A stretch of 64,000 bases of DNA from Bigelowiella natans CCMP2755. Its lineage: Eukaryota; Protista; Cercozoa. Shown in pieces: positions 28,373 to 40,016 of this stretch. The first letter of the stretch is position 1, and every line of letters begins with the position of its first letter. The translations under genes and the position numbers were made by a program. A model generated the notes under the pieces. That model was not told the origin of the DNA. It worked only from the letters and a program-made list of their open reading frames with translations, and ran no database searches. Where the stretch lies: the NCBI GenBank assembly GCA_000320545.1, contig ADNK01002758.1, forward strand, positions 1 through 64,000, written 5' to 3'.

Positions 28373-29688
28373 GTACATACCGGTGATAATGATGATGACT
28401 ATTTTTACCACAAAACACACACACACACACACATAGAGATAGAAAGAGAGAAAGAGAGAGAGAGAGAGAGCGAGAGAGAGAGGGTGGGGGGGGGGGGGGG
28501 GGGGGGGAAAAGAAAAGACTAAGTCCCAAGGTTTTCTTCTTCCTTGGATGCTATGATCTTTATGAGCAATAGTGTGAGACCTACCTCTATTGAATTTATC
28601 CATCAACTGAAATTCATCCATCAAACCTTATTGATTGCAGGAAGTAGTAGACGTAACACGCATTGTTCGTCAAAAGAAAGTAGTTCCTCATAGTGAGTGA
28701 TAAATGATCATTTGATTTTTCCTTTATCTACCTAGCTTCTTCAAGTCATCTTTGGTGAAATTGCCCCGCTGCTGCTGTTTGTTGTACATTTTCAATAAGA
28801 AGAACACTCGTTAAAGTAATACATCTTCATCATCTGCATTGATAGTCACGAACATAATGCAAGGGAAATCAATAATTATATTGCTAAATCCGCCACATCT
28901 ACACTTTTCAAATATGTCTGAGGATATTATAACTTTTCTCGCAATTACTACTCTTCTAAATCTTTTGTGTCTCTGAAGAAGCATCGATGCAAGCGGACAT
29001 CATGCATAAATCGATGACGATGATGATAATGGGATTTCCCAACCGATTTTGTGAAGAAACTTACAGGTTGCTGCTCCGAAATTGCAGCACCATTTAGCCC
29101 TTCTCCTGTAGTAGCATGTGCAGGACCAAAGTTCTCCCTCCTCGTGCTCTTCTTATTCTTCTCGTCAACCATTGAATAAATAGGTAGTGTCTGAATGCAA
29201 TAAGTAAGTAACCAGCACCCACGAATTCAATGTATTTACTGATGATCAAATGCGAGTGTTGTCGGTTTCAATGATGATGATAATGATAATGGTGATGATG
29301 ATTATGATTGATAGCGAGAACAACAATAGCAACCAGGATGATAACAAAAAATATGGTTGAGACTTACAGATTCATCGTCGATAACATAGGTGTTTCCTTT
29401 CTTAAATCCATTCCCCATTTCATAGAGCTCGTGAATGGCCTTCTCATATTCTTCTAAGTCTCTCTCTGCCTCATCTTTCATGAAGCTTCTTGCCAACCAT
29501 GAGTCCTCCTTCATTTTGTCCTTCACTCTTAAGAAGTCCTCTTTTGCGACGGCATAACGCCTGATATAATGGATAACATCAACGAAATTATCATGCTCTT
29601 TTGCATTGGGTGGTATAGAAAACATTTTGATGCGTAGCGTTGGGTTGTATTAGTCAGTTATTTCCTGAGTTGGTGTATGTCGGTAGAT

Positions 29689-29732
<44 letters not shown>

Positions 29733-30253
29733 GCTGCTGCTAATTACTTCCCGAGTTGTTCACCCCTGTATATTGGTATTATTAATTACTTCCTGAGCTC
29801 GTGTATATCGGTAGATCCAGTGATGTTGTCAATCAGTTTATCTAACTGATCATTAGACGATAGAAATTCTTTTATGCTCTCCGAAAGAAGGAGCTGCTGC
29901 GATTCTTTTGGGTTCAGATCTCTCAGTTCTCCTCCTCCTCCTCCTCCTCCTCCTGAATGGCGGACGATTTTGCCGTCGTGATGATAAGGGTCATAGCGGT
30001 GTGAGTCTTCGTCTTCGTCCATTCTATTATCCTGGTCTTTATTGAAAGGATGATGATGCATCCCACCCTTCAGACGATGCCATCCTTCGCATCTTTTCCC
30101 ACTACTATGACTCATCACTGTTCTTATTGAACTCGGGTAAATGTGGTGTTTAGGGAGTAAGAGGGCTAAACAGGCTGCCCACCAAATGACTGCTATTGAG
30201 AGACATCGTTTCAGCCTTCTTCTGCTGCCCCTCATATACACAAAGAAGCCCAT
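24575..30253 (-). CDS. Hypothetical multi-exon protein with N-terminal hydrophobic segment and RLKGG motif (possible organelle/secretory presequence)
   Basis: ORF 29786-30253 MGFFVYMRGSRRRLKRCLSIAVIWWAACLALLLP...HRLKGG. Further coding-like GT-AG exons at 29360-29625, 28950-29170, 28520-28625, 28205-28330, 27625-27850, 27300-27410, 26130-26380, 25480-25750 and 24575-24850. No family recognised; 3' end uncertain. Confidence 0.55.
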
Positions 30254-30331
30254 GTACTGATCAGAGCATATTAATCAGCCACTGGCTTGAAATTTAGCTG
30301 AGCACCAGGTAATTATTGATCCATTGGGCTT

Positions 30332-30509
30332 GTTAGTTAGTTAGTTAGTTAGTTATTCTGTTCGCGTCCTTGACTTCCCAGCTATGTTATTTCACCGAAG
30401 TGGTTTTCATATTGGATGTTGTCTCATAACGGACATTGCGAAAGTCAAAAATTGTCCAGGTCAGCTTGTTTGCGTTCTGATCATTTGCTCATCTCGGGGG
30501 GAGGGACAG

Positions 30510-30577
<68 letters not shown>

Positions 30578-30672
30578 GGTAGGAAATTCCCAGCATGTTC
30601 CTACTTTCGGTGAAAAAATATGTAGGTGGGAAGTCAAGGATGCGAACAGACTAACCGACCAACCAACTAACT
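30332..30672. mobile_element. Two copies of the dispersed repeat in opposite orientation (copy B reverse 30332-30451; copy C forward 30509-30672, internally deleted), giving a MITE-like structure with ~65-bp imperfect inverted ends
   Basis: (GTTA)n-ttctgttcgcgtccttgacttcccagctatgttatttcaccgaagt is the reverse complement of the sequence at ~7087-7153 and of 30604-30672. taggaaattcc..atgttcctact is shared with 6963-6988. Confidence 0.7.
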
Positions 30673-32885
30673 GCACGTTGGTCAAACATCGAAACGAGTG
30701 CTCGAAAGGTGCTGAACCCCAAACCTTTGCTGATCATTGGACCCAACTTTTCAGGAGAGTGGGGAGTGGCGTTGCACTGCTAGATTGTCACCGCCACGAT
30801 GCTGGCATGCTTCGTGCTGTGTCAAGGTTGCCCGTCCAAGTGCCGTCCGTGCTAGCGTGGCCGGCGCACGTGAAACAAACCTCAACTTTTCATGCTGGCA
30901 TGGATTTCCAGTTGCTTGAGGAGAACACGAATTGCACGATTGTCGAGTGAATCAGCGCGTCTGGGCTGGCAGGCGTGTCCCACCTGGCTAGCTGGCCATG
31001 CTGACATGCGTGACACTTTTCTGGTTTTGGCCGCTCCAACGAAATCCCTTTTTCTTTCTCTCAATGTGCGAACGTTGTCAGGTCTTGTGGACGATGAGTC
31101 TTCAGTGTTTCGCATGGGCGACGGCATCAAGCTTGAGAGCACCACAGTCAAGTCGAAGTTTGCAACCAAAAGAAAGGACGCAGCACGTGACCACACGTTT
31201 GTTGTGACTTTGCATGATGACGGGTTGCGCGCTGATGGGACACCAAGACCTTTGAAACCAATGGTTGCGCAGGTATCAAAGGTTGCATCTTGGCAGGCAT
31301 CCAATCGCAAGGACGAGGTTGGGCAATGCGCGATGAAAGTGAAAGTCCTTTCGTCAACTGCGACTTCTGACCCGAACGTGTTGTCTGTCAATGTCAATTT
31401 GCAACCAAGAGGGTCGCCAGCGACAGGGGAGTGGGCAGGCACAAGGCATTCCGTGGCACGCAGAGCGCCGTTGATGTTGCCTGAAGTCATGCATTCGTCT
31501 GGACACGATGTGGTCTTGAGTTCCAACGTGTTTGGCGTGTGCATGGTTCCACAAGATCGATGTTCAGCACAATGAAAAAATTGTCGAATGGAGTGCATCA
31601 TCACGCAATGATTGTGTTGATGCTCACGCAGTGATTGTCAATGTGCAATGATTGCATTTCCAAACTCAATGAAAATTCAATGCACAATGATTTGAAGATC
31701 GAGCAACAACCAGTCTCAGCATTGTGTCATGCGCAATGATTGAGAATCACCACGTTTGGAGCATGACGATGCGCGACCACACGTTCACGTGTCATGCACC
31801 TGGTGCATGCTGGCATGCGACGCAGGCCAATGATGTGAAGATCATCGTTTTGCAATGATTGAAAAGCATCACGCAAGGGTCATCATGCAATCATTTTTGT
31901 GTCATTTCATGATGAAAAAACAACATGCATTGATTTGGAAAGTGTCAACACGCAATGATTCAAGTTTGTTTTTCATTGATCATCATTGTGCATTGATTTC
32001 ATGTCAACACGTGATGAAAAATCAACACGAAATGATTTGGGCAAAATCCACATGTGATGATTCAGAATCATTGCGCAACAATCATCAACAAGCAATGATT
32101 TGGAATCTTCACGTGATGAATTTTTTCATTGCATGATGTTTCATTGTGATCAATGCATGATGATTCTGATTCATTGATGATGATGTTCATTGTGTGATGA
32201 TGACATCATCATTGCACAATGATGAAATGATGACATCAAAATCATCACGTGATGATGAACATCATCACATGATGAAAAAACATCACATGATGAATTTGAG
32301 CCATCATTGCGCAATGAATTTTGGACCACAGTGGTTGCATGTGTGATGCACGTGTCATGCATGCACATCCAGACGCATTGCCATCTAGCCATGCATGTCT
32401 GCAGCTGCGTGACATTCCAGCATTGCATGACCTAGTGACATGCAATGTCACGTTGTGTCACTGTCTAGCTGTCTAGCTGTGTCCATGGTTCATTCCGGCT
32501 GCACCAACGATGAATTGCACAAACCAATCACTCGTCAATTCTGGGACGCCCTCAAACTCCTTGGCGCTGCGGTCAATGTTGCAAGGCACCATGAGAGATG
32601 CAGACCGCCAGTTGCGTGGCGAACTCCAATGCGAGCCCATTGCTAGCTTGGACTGCATTCGCACATTTCCAATTCTTCCGCGGGCATCTCCAACACGTTG
32701 TGCGAGTGATCCGCAGCGTGCAGCGGCACCAGCTACAAACAGTCAACTACGCAATGAATCAACATGATTGTGAGATGGCAGAATCAATGCACAATCAAAC
32801 ACTAATTGACACGTTGCTCAAAGCTTTTTCCTTCAATTCATGAAACAACGAGAGTGGTTTTCTGCGAACCCATGCTAGCGCAGCA
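30670..32885. other. TpA-depleted island 3 (strongest), containing relic coding sequence
   Basis: By-eye scan of ~2.2 kb finds about 4 non-CTAG TA and about 9 CTAG. CpG is plentiful. Confidence 0.9.
30892..31575 (+). pseudogene. Intronless, hypermutated relic ORF of unknown origin (possibly viral or transposon)
   Basis: 227 aa with zero Tyr and H/C/M at positions that read naturally as Y/I if TA is restored (e.g. RDHTFVVTLHDDG > RDYTFVVTLYDDG). Intronless, microsatellite-free and more GC-rich than host genes. Confidence 0.45.
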
Positions 32886-32921
32886 TGGTCATAGATGATC
32901 GAATGGAAAATGGGGTATTCG

Positions 32922-33391
32922 CTACAGAATCATTTCGACATTGCCGCGGGAACTGCTGTTTCTCCCAGCGACAAACTCTACTGGGACATTCTTCCATTGT
33001 CCTTCGGGGATAGAAAAAAGATGCAAGCTCATATCATTGAATACTCCAGGAACCTCGAAGGACGAATCAGAGATCTTCACCTCCTTGCAGTATCTAAATA
33101 CGATATTTAATTCAAATTAGCACATCTCACAAGTTTTGTTCCAACATCTACATTTGCATGGCATTTTATGAGCTATTAACATTCGTGATGATTAAATTCT
33201 TATAATGAGTTATTTCTCACGGAAGTATTCGAGGTAATGCTAAGTCCTTCTCTGTGTTATGTTTGTCGCCCCCATTCCCTGGCGCGATATTGTTCTTATC
33301 CACATAGGCTGATAAACTGTGGCGTGGGTGGGAAAGTAAAAACGATATATTGTTTCTAGTTTGAGGAGTCACTTCCCTACACATACAAACA

Positions 33392-33425
<34 letters not shown>

Positions 33426-33436
33426 CCATATTTATA

Positions 33437-33484
<48 letters not shown>

Positions 33485-34516
33485 TGTCACACCTGTTGCC
33501 GATTAAAGCAACTCGAGAAATGTTTTCTCCCCAATTTGCCCAAATGACGTTACTGTACATTCCTATTATCCATTAAAGAAGCAAGGGAGGCTAAATGACA
33601 TCTGATTGTACATTCCTATTATCGAAGAAGAAAATATAGAATTAGAAATATAATTAAGAGGTAAATATCAGCACCCTGGAGGTGGTTATTTTGAGCCCCT
33701 CCCTCCCGTGTACTGACTATAGAGCTAATCTCCAGTTTCACAATAAAAAGTTCTGTTGTTCTCATAACAGGTGGAAAACGGTACTATGCAGTGTAATAAT
33801 TGCTGTAGTTTTCTTCAAACGATTCTTTATAATTTAGATAGTTGCCGTCAAATTGCTGCACAATTGCCTTTCGAACAGTGTGGCATGAACATTATCGTTG
33901 GCATCTTTGCACGACGTTTACATCTTTCATTAACCCTATTAGTATTCAATTGCAGCAGAAAGAATATGCAATTGACCAACAGCAGAATATGTGATTATCA
34001 TTTATATTCGTCATTCGTAACATCACATTAATAATGAACAACATAACCGCAGTTAGTACGTACGTACTATAACTGTAAGAATGAAGACATGATGTAGAGA
34101 AGCAGAAGAAGAACAAGAAGAACAAGAACAAGAAGAAGGAGCATGGTTTATAAACATAAACAGGTCTCCTCCTCCTCCTCTTATCGAAGTAATTGCTAGT
34201 TGTCATATTCTTACAATATTAACTAGACTACCACGACACTATAACACCTTCTCCTAATTTTTAGCACCTTATGCGCTGACATTTATAATCGAGTTCCAAG
34301 ATTTCGTATTCCATATCGGAGAGCATGGGATCATAAACTAGCACTCTAACCACCCCATCATCCTTCTGAGCAGAAAAGAACAGATTATTTCACTGAAAAT
34401 ATAATCAAAATATCATGATCAACATCATATATATACACCACCCCTCGTTGTCATGGTAGTAGTATGTACTTTGTGTTTTCACGATAGATGATGATCAAAA
34501 CAAATATAGTTTATTG

Positions 34517-34553
<37 letters not shown>

Positions 34554-35672
34554 AGGTACGTGATACTACCAGTGGTAGTGTGGGTGATGATAAGTTTCCT
34601 GGCTGTTGCTGCTGCTGTACAGCAAATCCCTTTTTATCTTCAGATTCACTCTTATTGTGTTTGGCTGCTGTATCTTGTTTCTTTTGACACTCATTATCGT
34701 CGTCACGATCATCATCATCTTCTTCTTTTACTTCTTCTTGATTGCTTTCCTCCCTATTACTTGCAGCTATAATGTTCTCAACAGCCTCCCGCAATGCCAT
34801 TAAAAACCTTGAGAAATGAGTAGTGGACATAATTGCATGCATCAATTTATACTATTTTTTTATTATGAACAATAATCAATTCATTATAGCAGGATCACCC
34901 GAGCTGGATTTGAGCACTAGGAGACGTCTTAATCCGCCCTTGTTTGTGGTAATATATGATATGATGTGAAAAAAATAATGTTGTTAGTTTGTTGTAAATA
35001 ATGATTATGCTGATCATGGGTTATAATGATTAAACTGAATGAGGCAAATATGATATCAACCAATGCCATAGCAGACGATCTCCACTGATGATGATGATGA
35101 TGATGCAACTTTGCTGCTGCTGCTGCTGCTACTACTACTACTGGGACTGATGCTGCTGTTTTTATCATCATTTGGAGTGCTACTCAAATGACGACGAGTG
35201 CTTCTCCGCTTGCCGTCGCCGCAATAAGCCCGACGCCCCTGTAATTGAAGGAAATCTTGCAACTTTGAGAATAATGTGCCTAGTGATGATGATAATTAGA
35301 GTGATGATCAGGAGTTGGTTGAGTGATTTAGTGCTAACCGCATAATTTTATTTATTGCATTATTGCTACTACTATTGGCAACAGCAGCAGTAGCTCATGT
35401 TAAAGTGGCAATCGAGATAAATGATAAACTAATCACAATGATTTGCGAGAGGCAGGATATAAGGAGAGAGACAAAGCACAAACGCTTACTTTCTTTCCAC
35501 TTACTTCCACCTAGCTAATCGATAAATCGATGTCTATTATAATACATATATTAAAATATTTCCGCCGTTGTCTGTCCTAATGCAACTTCACCGTTATGTC
35601 CTACTACCTTGGATAGCTTTCATGTAATTTGATTTTCGAAGCAATGCCCTTATATATAAAACACATATATTT

Positions 35673-35720
<48 letters not shown>

Positions 35721-36900
35721 CAAGATCGCTCATATTCGAATCTGCACACCATTCTAGTTGGAACACACAACACACACACGTGCATATACATGATACTCAC
35801 ACGTGCATATACATGATACACACAACAGCGCAGCACAAAAATTATTAGATGTCCTGTAGATATGCGTAATCAAAGCAAAGAGTTGTTGATTTACCAAGCG
35901 GTACAATGTGCGTGCTTGCATACTTTGTAATTCCAAACATACCTCTGCTCCTCAACGATGGAAACTATACGCTCTCTAAAAGATTTTTTCGCTTTATGGG
36001 CCATCTTGTTGTAGCGTAGGTTTTCCCTGGACACATTTTCAAGTGCCTAAGTAGTAGTAGTAGTAGTAGTAGCAGCAAGAGCAGCAGCAGCAGTAGAGGC
36101 AGTGGTAGGAACGCTACATATAAGCCACAAACAACGTCAACCGGAATTATCGCGTTGCAGTATCCTTCTTCTTCTCCATGAACTGCTGCCCAATAGCCCT
36201 TACTACCTGCTGAGCTGCATTTGAGGAGGAGGAGGATGTATTCGGTCTTCTTCTTCCTCCTTTCCGCTTGCCTCGTGGTTTTTTGGGGTCCTGCCTGATA
36301 ACAATTATTCAATCATCATAGTGTGAGTGAATCTCACTCATCAACACACAACATCTACACATCATCATCACCATCGTAATCATCAACATCAGGTTCATAT
36401 TATTACCACGGGGCCTCTCGTCGCATTTTCCGTCCCCTCCTCGCTCTACTCGAACAAGCTTCCAGCTGAAGCTTTGAGAAACTGTTGGATGTGTTGTTTT
36501 ATGATCTTAAACTGGATAAATACTTCATGCATAATTTACCATCAAAAAATAAATTGTGTGATTGGGAACAACTAATTCTATAAACACATGCTATTTAGAG
36601 ATTACGACAAATATAATATTGAAATTAATCAAATAATAAGAGATCAAACTTGTCAACGCTCCAACGTGAGAAGCAAGAATGGGGGAAGGAATGCTCAATC
36701 AAATGCGGGCTCAGAATAAGGCTACGACAGCTTTTCTCACAAAGATGCTCGCGGAGAGTGAAAGCAGCGAGAAAGCAGATAAAAAGAAGAGGGTACCAGC
36801 TGCGCAGTTGAATGGATGCTAACCTCCTCCCTCCCCCTCCTCCTGCTGCTGCTGCGCTGCTGCTCCTGCTGCAACTCCTCCTACTCTGATTCTGATACAC
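32922..36900 (-). CDS. SRR1: SRR1-domain protein (SRRD/BER1-like), multi-exon; 5' end uncertain
   Basis: Spliced motifs: VEIVCYGIG (~35060), RIKTSPSAQIQLG|FLMALRE, RVLVYDPMLSDMEYEIL (~34270-34345), VNERCKRRAKMPTIMFMPHCSK|GMYSNVIWANWGENISRVALIGN, and VFNDMSLHLF...EMIL* with stop at 32922-32924. Confidence 0.85.
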
Positions 36901-37182
36901 GTGCTATAAATTAAGCGAAACTTGGTTGCGTCGTCTCGGATGTCAACATCTTCAGATTCATCTTCAGTGAAGGTCCTGAATAGTAAGAGAATCTTCGGAT
37001 AAATCGCCCTCCAAAATGTTTGTTATTATTACTTTTCTCACTGAAATGTGGTCAAGTTGTATCGTATCGTTACTGTTGTTGTCGTCGTCGTCGTCGTCGT
37101 CGTCATTGTCGGAACTGAGAGCATGCAAGTAAGCCACAGAGATATCTATCACAGAGAGCTCAGGAACTACTAGTACTGATGT

Positions 37183-37478
37183 TGAGTCGTTGTCTGTGGA
37201 GCTATAACTGATGATCCATTTCAATGGTTATTTGAGTCGTTATCTGACGACCTTTAACTGATGATCCATTTGAATGGTTATTTGAGTCGTTGTCTGACGA
37301 CCTATAACTGATGATCCATTTCAATGGTTATTTGAGTCGTTGTCTGACGACGTATAACTGATGATCCATTTCAATGGTTATTTGAGTCGTCGTTGTCTGT
37401 GGACCTATAACTGATGATCCATTTGAATGGTTATTTGAGTCGTTGTCTGTGGACCTATAACTGATGACCATTTCAATG
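37183..37478. repeat. Minisatellite, ~6 copies of a ~50-bp unit
   Basis: tgagtcgttgtctg(acg/tgg)acctataactgatgatccattt(c/g)aatggttatt starts at ~37183, 37233, 37283, 37333, 37383 and 37436. Confidence 0.9.
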
Positions 37479-37973
37479 TTAACAATAACAAAGGACAATT
37501 ATATTTTCTTCCTCTTGACAGCAGGTGAGATCACGGAGTAAAGAACAACCAAATGGATTAAGAGTAAATGTCTGCAGTTGCTCTAATAGCTCAGCATCAA
37601 TTGTCCGCAAACTCATACAAAAGTATGTATTAGTATGACGTATGAGTATTCATGAATTATATTTATTCATGATTATATGCGATAGTATTTATATCATTAT
37701 CGTGGTCTAGATCCAAACATCATGATTTTGAGTTGTTATTATATTGGTGCTTTGCCCCTGTCCTTTTACTTGTTCCCACTACTTCTTTTTTTTAAATAAT
37801 GTCATCATTGAAGCTAGTGGGTCTCCCCTCCCTTTAAGTCCCATTTATACTCCTACCCTCCGCTGCTGCTGCTACCATATTGTGACTCCTCCCTCCCGTT
37901 CATTTCCCTATTCCGAAACAGCAACAACAAGAACAACAACCTTTATTATTATTATTATAACAAATTATCTTAG

Positions 37974-38068
37974 ATATGGGTGGATTGAGACCAAATCGAA
38001 GGCGCGATGTCATCTATTGGTACTCCAACAACAACAACAACAAGATCATCATCATCATATTAAACACA

Positions 38069-38124
<56 letters not shown>

Positions 38125-39612
38125 ACAAAGAGAGGGAGGGAGAATAAGGGGAAGGTAGGATAGTTATATGGAAGCATGACTAGATGATGGGGAAGGGGAA
38201 GCAGGTAAACGTAAATATTATCAATGGTTGTTGTTGTTGTTGTTGTTTGCATCCATCATTTATACTGATCATATAAGTGATATAATCAATTGTTGTTGTT
38301 GTTTGCATCCATCATATATACTGATGATATCAGTGGACGGACCGTCTTTCAGCGTCCTCATATGATCCTTTCCATAGAATTGAAAAAGCAGCAATTGAGG
38401 ATGATGGGTATTGACAAGATTAATATGTCATTTTATTGATGGAAGATGTAATGAGAAGCTTATACTATTATCATCATGATATTTTGGAGTGGAAATCTTT
38501 CATCGTTCTCCATTAAATAATAAGTTTCATGTTTTATTCCATTCTAATGGTCCATCCTCCTTCTCCTTCTTCTTCTTCTTTTTGTTGTTGTTGTTGTTGT
38601 ATGGTTATTACTACCTACCTACCAACAACATGTAGTAGCTTCAGTGGTCGTACAAACCATTTCCCAGATCTAGACCGGTAACTATCTATCATAGAGCAGG
38701 AGGAGGAGGAGGAGGAGGGAATAAGCAATAGCACAATCAATTACCATCACATGTAGTAGTGCAAGTATTAATCAAGAAGCTGTTGTTCTTGCTGGTGCTG
38801 TTGTGTTATCTACTTAGTTTCGTATTAAAGGCCTCATTGATGGAACATATAAGGTTTTTACAAACTATATATCCTAAAGACTTTCGATTCACACCTCGTG
38901 AATGGAGTTTACCAAGAGAAACAGAGATATTCAAGCAGGATTTTAAACAAGGTAGCAATACTAGTTATACATACTGGGTAGTAGTAGTAGTAGTAGTAGT
39001 AGCAGTAGTAACTATCATTTGAATAAGGATATAGTATTAACGAGTGGTCCTTTGCTAGGTAGTAGCTAAATAAAATGTGATATCAAAAAGAAGGCAGCTT
39101 CTTCCAAGAGATCAAAAAGTGAGAAGGACTTATTGCTTATCCTTCTTCTTCTTCTTGCACAGGATCAACATACATCTTAAAACCTTCTTCTGGTAGCCAA
39201 GGTTTGCATACTACTAATATTACTACTACTACTACTACTACTACTACTATTACTGCTACTCTTTTACTATCTGTTTCATCACCAGTCAGTCCTCATCACC
39301 AAAACACTATCATCTTATCATCATCTTATCATCATCATCAATCATCTTAGGCATGGGGATTAGTGTAGTACAAAGTTGGGAAGCTGTAGTTGCGTATCTT
39401 TCAGAGTCTCCAAGATCTGAACATGTACTACTACATAGTAGTACAAGTACTAATTTCACGCAGTTAGTTACTGGGTTCAATCCACCACATGTTATTTGCT
39501 AATAATGGGGGGCACGTAGAGGAGGAAAAGAGGAAGAAGTTATGTGCTCTCACTGTTTCTAAATTACTTAGTGTTACTATGCACTACCACCTATACTACT
39601 ACTACTGCTACC

Positions 39613-39646
<34 letters not shown>

Positions 39647-39855
39647 CTCTCCAATTTATCATTAACATCGTTCATCATCGTCTTGAACATATTAGTAACC
39701 ATCATCAGCACCACAGCCCTTAATTGTTTACTTACATCACATACACATAGGTTGCTCAGGAGTATATAGCAAATCCTATGTTACTTGACGGCTATAAATT
39801 TGATCTACGGTGATACAACAATCATGGACTACTTTATATATATTTATATATTATT

Positions 39856-39903
<48 letters not shown>

Positions 39904-39985
39904 AAGGGAGAAACTCCTTAAGTCCAAAGTGGAGGTTTATTTTCTTTTGCGCTGTGAGAATGATATTCTTCCATTTTTATTATGC

Positions 39986-40016
<31 letters not shown>

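Noticed and set aside
30332-30356. (TTAG)n/(TAAC)n as telomeric repeat
   Set aside because: A short internal 4-mer tract that is part of the dispersed element, not TTAGGG-like.
30882-31604. Minus-strand 240-aa ORF and the many other overlapping ORFs in the islands
   Set aside because: Loss of TpA removes TAA/TAG stops and inflates ORFs in all frames. No recognisable motifs.
30670-32885. Classical RIP or CpG-methylation decay as the cause of TG/CA richness
   Set aside because: RIP increases TpA and 5mC decay depletes CpG, but here TpA is missing and CpG is abundant.
32895-33110. Plus-strand 71-aa ORF (MIEWKMGYSLQ...) as a gene
   Set aside because: It is the antisense shadow of the last SRR1 exon (VFNDMSLHLF...).
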